From assembly GCA_010909165.1 (NCBI GenBank), contig MU008205.1, positions 62,001 to 126,000 of the forward strand: a stretch of DNA of 64,000 nucleotides. Reading direction: 5' to 3'. The notes beneath the pieces are model-generated. The model did no database searches. It saw only the letters and a program-made list of their open reading frames with translations, and was not told where the DNA came from. This stretch comes from Anthoceros angustus (taxonomy: Eukaryota; Plantae; Anthocerotophyta). How positions within the stretch are numbered: the first letter of the stretch is position 1; each line of letters opens with the position of its first letter. The translations under genes and the position numbers were made by a program. This document shows, one piece after another, positions 55,420 through 64,000 of the stretch.

Positions 55420-56030
55420 CTTTCTGATGCTAGCACATCCTTGATAACATGATGAGGTCGCTTGGTGAACGACCTCGCACACTTCAAATGTTCCAAGGGA
55501 GCAAGGTTAGTCCACATGGACCTCAACCTATGAGCCCTCGAACCAAATTGAGCTGCATCCAATAGAAGCTCTTGACCCAACACTCCTCGGATCATGCCGA
55601 ATTCCTTATGAACTTGCTTCTTCACGCTCATGCATGCTGGCACATTCTCCAACATGTATCCACAAGGCCTTTCTTGCCCTTTCTAGATCAAGCGCAAGAT
55701 CCTCATCAGGTCATAGAACAATGCCGTTCGTGGATCCTTCAAACCTTGACCCTATCCTGCAGAGGATAGTCCTTGACACTCCCAACTGCGATGACAAGGT
55801 CCACCGCCCCAAGACAACTCAAATGGGACAACCCTATCATGCGAACATCCATCCAGCTCGTAACCCTTCACCGACTCCCACGCCGGAGGTTAGGTACTCC
55901 CCATCAAGTCCTTACGCTCGGACACAATCCTTGCTTTTGGATCCGGGTCACAATGCACGATCTTCGCACTTTGATGCCACACTTTACTGCTTCAAGCCGT
56001 GCGATGCCTCCAAAGAGTTCCACCATCACT
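55420..56030 (-). pseudogene. N-terminal half of the retroelement C5 cytosine methyltransferase
   Basis: VMVELFGGI (I), DLVIA.WECQGLSSAG..GLKDPRTALFYDLMRIL (IV), YMLENVP (VI), LDAAQFGSRAHRLRSMWTNL (VIII); contains stops and frameshifts. Confidence 0.8.
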
Positions 56031-56490
56031 ATGCCGCCTTCCCGAGGTCGCCATGTGATGACACAGGTGTTTAGGTCACAAACAGCTCAACCCTAGGCAG
56101 AACTTACGGCGGTTCTCCTCATAGGACCGGTCCTCTTGCACCATCCTCCATGCCTTTTGCACGGCTCATTTGCCACCACTCCCACCGACTTGAAGAACCT
56201 CCTCCGAGGGTGGTTGCAACCCTAGCTTGTCTTCCTCCTCCTCGTCGAAATCCTCCATCGTCGCCATGTTGTTAGACACACGCCAAGAGGTTCAAGCACG
56301 TATGGCGTGTCCTTCACCACCGCCAACACCTGGTAGACGCTGCTGGCAATGAGGTTCTCATGATCCTACCATGCACAGAGAGGGATGCGGGCAATCCGTT
56401 CATCGGTTTTGCTCCAGCCTTCTCCACCGGTCGATAGTAGACTGCTCACCACAACCACCATGACCTGTGTTACAAAGCTGCATCCCAAAG

Positions 56491-57859
56491 AAGACATCAA
56501 ATGTCTCGTGATCAAAGGACCAAGCAAAGGTAAAAGGTGAAGTCACCGTTTGGTTTGAATGAAACCTTCAGCTTGTACCTTGTCACCCCAACACATGCTC
56601 CGTGGTCCCAAATGGTCCGGATCTTCCACTTGGTTTCCTTCAACCTTTCTTGGTGGAGACCAACGCCTTCACTCTTCTTCCAACGATCACCTACTGCGGC
56701 TCTGTCAATCAACACCTCCTTGGTGCGAATCCATTGATTTCAATGTGCCTCCCGATTGTTGACCAAAGCCACCCCACTGCAGATTCCGCTTCCACGAGAT
56801 GCTTGTTCGAGGTCAAGAATGACATCATTGCTACCGCCATGGCAAATCTTGGACACTTGCTTCGCCTTCAAGGGTTGTCAACATCCGCCGAGTCAAACCC
56901 CGACTTCCTTCACGCCAACCCCATGTCTTGTAGGTGAAACATGGCATCTCCGAAGCTTTTGTGCCATCGCTCGTGTCTACGCATGGGTTTCTCCACATCG
57001 CCCACTGACTTTGATGTTGCTCCCACAGCTGTTCTCGCTGGCAATGGCTCAAACGACTTTGGCATCTTGGCATAGGTTCGGGAAGAGGATCCCAAGCTTC
57101 CTTCCGTGTCTTCCGCCTGCGTGTCAAGACATCCTCTTCCTCCTCGAGCTATCTTCTCGTAGTCGAGGTTTGTACAAAGCGTCCGCTCACAAGACATCAA
57201 ATATGCGCATCGGTGACCAAGCGGTGTACCTCGACAAAGGTGAAGTCTTGTTCTTGGTTTGAATGAAACCTTCAGCTTGTGTCACCCCAACACATGCTCC
57301 GTGGTCCCGGTGAGTCGGATCTTCCACTTGGTTTCCTTCAACCTTTCTTGGTGGAGACCAACGCTTCCTTCACTCTTCTTCCAACGATCACCTCGGTGTC
57401 AATCAACACCCTCCTTGGTGCGAATCCATTGATTTCAATGTGCCTCTCGATTGTTGACCAAAGCCACCCCCCTTACATTCCGCTTTTCCACGAGATGCTT
57501 GGTTGGAGGAGGTCGAGACATCATTGCTACTGTTGTGGCAAATCTTGGACACTTGCTTCGTCTTCAAGGGTTGTCAACATCCATGAGTCAAACCCACGAC
57601 TTCCTTCACGCTCAACCCCATGTCTTGTAGGTGAAACATGGCATCTCCGAAGCTTTTGTGCCATCGTCTCGTCGATCTGCGCATGGGTTTCTCCACATCG
57701 CCCACTGGACTTTGATGTTGCTCCCGTTGCTCCTGTTGGCAATGGCTCAAGCGACTTTGGCATCTTGGCATAGGTTCGGGAAGAGGATCCGAAGCTTCCT
57801 TCCGTGTCTTCCGCTGGTGTCAAGACATCCTCTTCTTCCTCGAGCTATCTTCTCGTAGT
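56491..57859. repeat. ~700-bp diverged tandem duplication of the retroelement protease region
   Basis: 56491-57163 resembles 57191-57859; both end in cgagctatcttctcgtagt. Confidence 0.85.
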
Positions 57860-59519
57860 GCGGAGGTTTCTTCCCTTGCCCTTGATCCGTCACCGCCATG
57901 TATCCAAGCTTGTGCTCATCTTCTTCGTCCTCGATGATGAGCTGCTCTCCTTGATCTTCGCCTTCGCACCAACTTCTCCATGCAGGCGTACAATGAGCTG
58001 CCCATCGCCTTCTTTGATGCTTCCCGTTTCTTTTGTCCATGGACTTCACGGTGCCTCCTCCACGGTGCCTTTGCTCTTGATTTTGTGGATGAGGCATAGA
58101 TGCATTGGCCGGGTTGCGAGCAAACTGTAGGCCGCAATCGGATGCTTCTCCCAACATGCCGCTTCATTGTGCCTGCAGTACTCCCACCCAGGGCATGGCT
58201 CCTCACCCTTGACTCCTCCGAATGCATGCTCGCACTCATGAGGGAATGGTCCATCTCGGCACCTCACGCAGGCTCGTCACTTGGGTGTGTGGGTTGTCTC
58301 GCCGAGCTCCTCCACTCGACCTCCGCGTCGGTCATGTCGTCCACCACTCCTACTTCAGGCCGGAGTAATCACTTGCAACAAAGACGAAAAGTGTCACGGC
58401 CCTATCTTGTCGACCATCTCGTACACTTCCTTGAGGGTGTAGTGTTGCCCTTCGTCTTGTGCACCACTTGTTGCACCTTCATGCGCAGTGATATGGCAAT
58501 GCATGCAAGTACTTCTCTGTACCGACCGGTCACTCATGATCTTGGTGTCACGTACTAACCGGTCGATTCTTGATAAGCCATCTTCAGCCTCCTCGACTTC
58601 ATCTTGAAGTGTGTCACCGAGATCTTCTCATCCATGCTTGAAACTCCACCGAAGATGTCAAACATCTCTTGATGGGATCGCCCACTAGCGCCGCCTGCTC
58701 CGACCGGTTCCTTCGAGCTTGAACGCTACTCATCGTCCTCCACGTGCTCAACAACCTCGCCTTGTGCTCGCGATAGCACGCCAATGCTTCATCCCCAAGT
58801 ACCGGGCAGGACGGGAATCGCTTCGGTATCCGGTCTTCAATTCCATCTCCGCACACCGTACTTCTCGATGAAGTCCTCCGGTGGCAAGGTGCCGCCTGTG
58901 AACAACTCCATTCGATCCTTGTCTCCTCCCATCTTGGCGACTCCTAGAGACAAGTCCTCCTCGCAGTCGCTTTCACTAAGTTGTCCCAGCAGCACCAACG
59001 TGTCTTGTGTGTTGCCACTCACAGATCCTTCAAAGATTGTTGATTGAGTCGCTGCGTTCCTCCGTGATAAAATCCTAGCAGTAGGATTGTGGAGCATGCA
59101 TCTAACCCATGATGCTACGCAAGATATGTTCTTCGTTAATTAGTTCAACAAAAGGTACACAAGGTATGTTTTAAGGTGGTGCAGGGTGTCCGTTCATGAA
59201 GGGGCACACCCTTTCGTAGTGACCTAACCCTCAGACTGAACCAGATTACGCAGAGCGATTAGAACGGAGGCGTCGCCGAACGGCCGAGGCCGGAGGCCGA
59301 GACCGTTCTAGGCCGTGCGCCCCGCGCGTCCGTTCCTGGCGTAAGGGAGCGCCGAGTCCGGGCCGAGACGCGCCTAACTCGATCGCGCATCGAGTGAGCC
59401 GAGGTCTGGAACTCTATAGACTTGGTGCCTAAACCACCCGGCTTATATGTCATTTCTCTCTCTCTTACGGTCATTTTTCTACATCATTTCGTTTTTGAAT
59501 CCTTTTACACAATAAAAGC

Positions 59520-61680
59520 ATTACCTTTCCACAAGGTAATTCAAATGGTTTTGGTAAATTCTACTCATCTTCTATTGGAGTAGATGGAGTGTAAAATGGT
59601 TCGTCTCTTGAATAGTACTTTTGAGCTGCTGATTGTATGGTCGAGATAAATGTATAATCATTTGAATATTTCATCCAAGCGAGAATATTTCTGCAATTTA
59701 AACCATTGTCGAATTCATATATAAAACATATTTGTTTTTAACTTTAGTACTCACCTCAAAGAGTGAAAACAACTCGCTTTGATTCTCCGATAACTACAAA
59801 CAAAAAGTAAAAGTAATTAGTCATTTACCTCCATTTCAATTCGGAGAAGATCTTTCTTTGCATATACCTTTTCGACAAGCGTTAAACACGTCTGTGAAGA
59901 TTCCCACATCGGAAATGTGATCGTATGTTCAAGAAACATAAACATTAGAATTCATCTGGAATGCAAGCGGATATTACCTTTCAAACGATGTACCTTTTGA
60001 ATATTTTCGTTGTCTCCGGTTCTTCCATGAGAGACAACAAGTCTCGTTTTCAACTCCTTATTTTCAATTGCTGCCCTATCTCGCATTCAATGCATATTAC
60101 ATATTACATAGAATTATATGTAATGAAAATAAGAAAGAGAAAGAGAAGTTATCGCTTACTTGCTTGGATCTCTGTCCGCTCGAATGTTGGGTTGGACCCA
60201 TCTTCATTCAAGATGGGCGCTTGCTCTTTTAGACTATGCTCCCAAATTGCGAATACTTATCTTTAAAGTCTTGAAAAAGTGGTGGATATTGAAAATTGCT
60301 CATCCACTTTCCAAACTCGGTGAACTCAAGTGACGGCCCGTAAGTTGGTCCATCCTCCTGAAGTCATCAATTTTCTCTTTTTGCCCGATCAAAACCAAAA
60401 TCATTACTTTCTTAAACCAAAATCATATTAATCCAAATTAAATACAAAATACATTTTGTAATTGATTGGAGATGGCGCATTGTCAATGTTGTTGTCAATC
60501 TATCGACTTTGTCCTTTATATTTTTAGCGAATTTTTTTTCCAAAGATTCAGAATGCCAAGTTAAAAGAAGGTAAATGTGAAGAAGCAAAGAAGGTATGAA
60601 TGTTAATTTGATTACCTCGATCTTGCTGGATTGAACTTTGATATCCCTCCAACATTGTTTGCATTGAAATCGGTGTCCATTAAACCTTTCCACAAGTGTA
60701 TGCGTTTCCAGCTCAATTGAGTCGTTGTTCAAGGTTCTTTTTATATCCCGCAGATAAATTTAGGGTTAAGATTTTGGATTTGAGCATACTTAGATCAAGT
60801 TTATGAAATTAAGAAAAGTGCTTACCTTCTTTATCTTATTCAATCAAGGTGCATCTCGCAAAGATGCTTAAGGTCTTGTTTGTCCATCACAGAGAACATT
60901 GTGTGCTCGCAGAGGACAAACCCACGGGTTTTGTTAGACTCGACCAACGAGAATATACAGGACTAACGACAATCATTTTTCCCGAATACCTTTTTCTACG
61001 ATCTTTCGATCTCCGGTGGTGGTTCAAACTCTGCGTTAGCGTCATATCCTGGATCCCCATGGGTGGGAAGTAATTTGTCTGAATGGCGCTCACAGGGTGG
61101 CGTCATGTGAGTTCTGTCTGCAGGGGGTTGACACGATAGATATTAGTAAAAGTAAAAGTAAAAGTAAAAGCAAAGTAAGAAACGTATAATACAAGTAGCA
61201 ATCAAGTACCTTCTTGGATTTGAAAATCGTTATTGCTTTCGTTGTCGATTCCATCCCGATTCAAATGAAAAGCCATCGAACACCGATCATAGTGGAGCCA
61301 CCACAACTGACCGCACAAGACGCATTGCGCCAAGAAAACAAAGAACGGGTTGAGCAAGGTATTACTTACGTCACGACACGTCGCTTCACGCGAAACCAAT
61401 TGTCCGCAAGATCCCGCAGAATTTTGTTAAAAGCATTCGTCATCACCAATCCGAATTGTTGGAAGCAACAAGCGCGAATATGTTCTCAAACTCGCACAAG
61501 ATTCATGTTTTACGCAGGATAGCTATGTTCGAAAAGACTTCAAGAACGAGACTCTTTTTGCTGCGAACCCCTTACCTCTGCCAACCCAATCATGCATTAG
61601 TTTCCCGGCACAACCTCCGTGACACGCCGTCAAATGAGCCCATAGAATTATTGTGACGGACGATTTACACTAGGATGGCG
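59520..61680 (-). pseudogene. Uncharacterised partner gene of the Crypton-like element (copy 2)
   Basis: Exons homologous to 41.0-42.8 kb, including NNDSIELETHTLVERFNGHRFQCKQC. Boundaries approximate. Confidence 0.55.
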
Positions 61681-62670
61681 CCTTCTTGGACCTTTACCGC
61701 ATTCAATTCACGGAGATGAGAGGGTCGAGTTTATTAAGTGCATGACAAATGTAGCATTGAAAACACTAGCCCATCAAAACTCCATGCCGGTTTACCAATG
61801 ATGCCCAACTAGTGGGATGTGAGACCAACCGAGATTTACAAACTCGGTCCTTTAAGGTGTAAGACTTGATTAATCACATGCGCCAACACCGAAAAGAGGG
61901 TAAGCTTACGTGTGACAACTATGGCAAAGCGTTGTTTGTTCTTAGTTCTGCGATCTATTTTTTGTTCTCTCGTTTATGCGGTTTGTTGTCGTTTTAAGTT
62001 GACTTTTGCGAGGTGTCGATAAAATGCTTTCTTTTGCGAGCTACATTTTGTCGTTGAAGACCCGTTTGTAGATTTGGTAATCATCGTACATGCTTGTGTC
62101 TATTGAAAAGTGAATCTGGATTGGGCATGGTGTATTGTGTGCATGTCTTGGAGCTTAATCTCATAGACCGGTGTTTATGTGCGGTATTGAAGTGTGCACG
62201 CGTTTGGAGGGTTTGCCTCCCAACATCTTTGGATGTTTTCCGATTCTAATCTAGAAATATGTGTTGTTGTGTGGCATGGATGAGTCTGTTGTCCAATGAG
62301 CGATTGATTGTTTTACTTGTGTGGTCCGATGTATATGTTGTACATCTATGGTTGTTTGTACGTCTAACTCTTGTTGTACTTGAAAAAGGGTTTTCACTTT
62401 ATTTTTCCCATATGTGGTGTATTTTGACAGTTCTATGTGTCATCCTTAATGAAAGTGGAAGGAATAACAACTCTAACAATGTCTAGCCCTGTTGTGTTTT
62501 GGGGCACGATATCCTCTCTTGTCTAGGCAGCCGATAATCAACTTTTAGACCTTCCAGCAGGTTCTCATCTGGACGGTTCAAGGCGCATGTGAGTTCTTTC
62601 TTTTCGTTTGTTATCTGTTATGTTGTTTGTACATCTCAACGTTGTTCTGATGACTTCTCCGGTGTTGCAG

Positions 62671-64000
62671 ATGGCTCTTAAAAGAAAACCTACTGGGCCT
62701 GCTGGACCGGGCAAGAAGCAGGCACCTTTGTCTGAAGTCATGTCCAAGCCGTACACTCGACAACGTGTTAAAACAGCCATCGTTCACACTGCAACCCACC
62801 CTCTGCAGGATGATGGTAAAGTTGACGGTGTCCTTGTGCATAGTGAGGGGACATATTTGGTGCCGAAAAAGTCCATCCCCAAACCGCAAAGGCACTTTTC
62901 ATCCAAGGAGGATGCCCGTCTTCGAATTTGCTCGGAGAGAAGAAGGGTTGACACCGACCTGCCCTTGGTGGAGGGTCCCTTGTCGAGATTACTAACTATT
63001 GTCCTGCTTCGAGAGAGGGGTTAAGTTTGTTGGTGAGAATGTCCATCGATTACTCACGATTCCATGGTCCTTGGCGAAAGCATGCCTGATCTCGAAATGG
63101 CGTGGCTGCTCCTGCGGCAAGATAAGTCTCTCAATTCCTTTCACCTGGTGAGTTTTCCATTCCGTGTCGCTCCCGAACAAGTTATCCACGGAGTGTATTG
63201 ATATGTTTTGAGAGAATGAGGTCTGCTGATCCCGAGGATGATTTTGCTATGGGCATGGAAGAAATTGAAGATGAGGCCCATTTTAGGGACCAAGGGTTTG
63301 ACCCCTCGATTCCTGAGGGAGCCGTGAATGATGCAATGAGTGGTGGTGAGGACAAGTCCAAACGCCAAAATAATTGGTGCGAGTCGTCTTAAGTCTTTCA
63401 TGAAAGTGAGTGGTGTGAGGGGTTGGGATAGTGCAATAGAGGACATTCCTCACAAGGACTTGAACCTTATATTGATACCGTTTTCCACCAAGTTCGAACT
63501 TAAAAGACAACTCAAGATTCTCTCTAACGTAAGTCTTCATCCCTTTCTGTTCCGTTGTGTTTCTTTTCATTTTATGTCGATTTCATTATATTGGTGCAGT
63601 TGATGTCCTTCTTCGAGGGTTCAATCGCATTTTGATAAGGAAGTGTGTTCGAGCAAAGCCGTCTTGGGTCCGATGTGCTGTGATCAATATGTTTCACGGC
63701 GTGTTCAATGGTTGTCGGTGCACTTGTTGCTTCCATGAAAATCGAAAGACCTTGGTATAGTATCTGCGAAGGTGGTGAAACCGATATCCGATGATGATGA
63801 GAGGCTTGCCCACGGTGACCATCAATGTTCTTTTGGGCGGCGCCCGAAAAGGTTTGTGTTCGATTCCTAGCTTCTTGTGTGCATTTTGCACTATTTGTTG
63901 TTGCTTCTAACGATTCGATGTTTTCGAATAGGTGTGCATATTTTGCATGAATCGTTTGAGCACGCGGGAGGAATTGCACAACAATCGTGGACTTCTCATT
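62671..64000 (+). pseudogene. DUF3504/Crypton-type tyrosine recombinase copy 2 (5' part)
   Basis: MALKRKPTGPAGPGKKQ.. collinear with 49071 onward, through LLRGFNRIL to the degenerate (R)G.EELHN block at ~63960. Confidence 0.7.

Larger units (their letters stand above)
39480..59257 (-). mobile_element. Decayed Ty3/gypsy-like retroelement (gag, protease, C5-DNMT, RT start), interrupted at 40230-55419
   Basis: gag-like ORF ~59000-58300, protease RVLIDxG-like motif (duplicated), DNMT motifs I/IV/VI/VIII at 56030-55420 and motifs IX/X at 40229-39960, pre-RT LKELLEASRHVFAFTLAEMG at ~39760. Confidence 0.7.
59258..64000 (+). mobile_element. Crypton-like element copy 2 (diverged; runs off the window)
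   Basis: Begins ATTAGAAC.. followed by the same GC-rich aggccgagaccgtt..taagggagcg..cgaggtctg block as 40763 onward; same two genes in the same order and orientation. Confidence 0.75.

Overview
Eukaryotic plant genomic DNA. Short GT-AG introns and a compact gene layout suggest a non-seed land plant such as a hornwort, but this is inference. The window has three zones. (1) 0.4-12 kb is housekeeping: TAF11, a shortened At5g04480/At4g01210-type glycosyltransferase-family gene, a P-type PPR, eIF3K and a Pro-rich secreted precursor. (2) 12.4-35 kb is a cluster of secreted and defence genes. An AT-rich island holds a BURP-domain protein with five tandem PYPWP cores, a candidate new self-cyclising burpitide RiPP. 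It is followed by a PAN/apple protein facing an LRR receptor kinase with a WAK-type kinase, and by tandem-duplicated class III peroxidases and thaumatin-like genes. (3) 35-64 kb is a nest of decayed mobile elements. A Ty3/gypsy-like element carrying a C5 DNA methyltransferase is split at an ATGC direct repeat by a ~3 kb unit encoding a ParB-like plus beta-class N4/N6 methyltransferase. That unit is itself split at a TATTA direct repeat by a 12.1 kb Crypton-like (DUF3504 tyrosine recombinase) element. A second, diverged copy of the Crypton-like element starts at ~59.26 kb. Many 1-bp indels in repeated regions may be long-read consensus errors. All family assignments come from motif recognition by eye; no database search was run.
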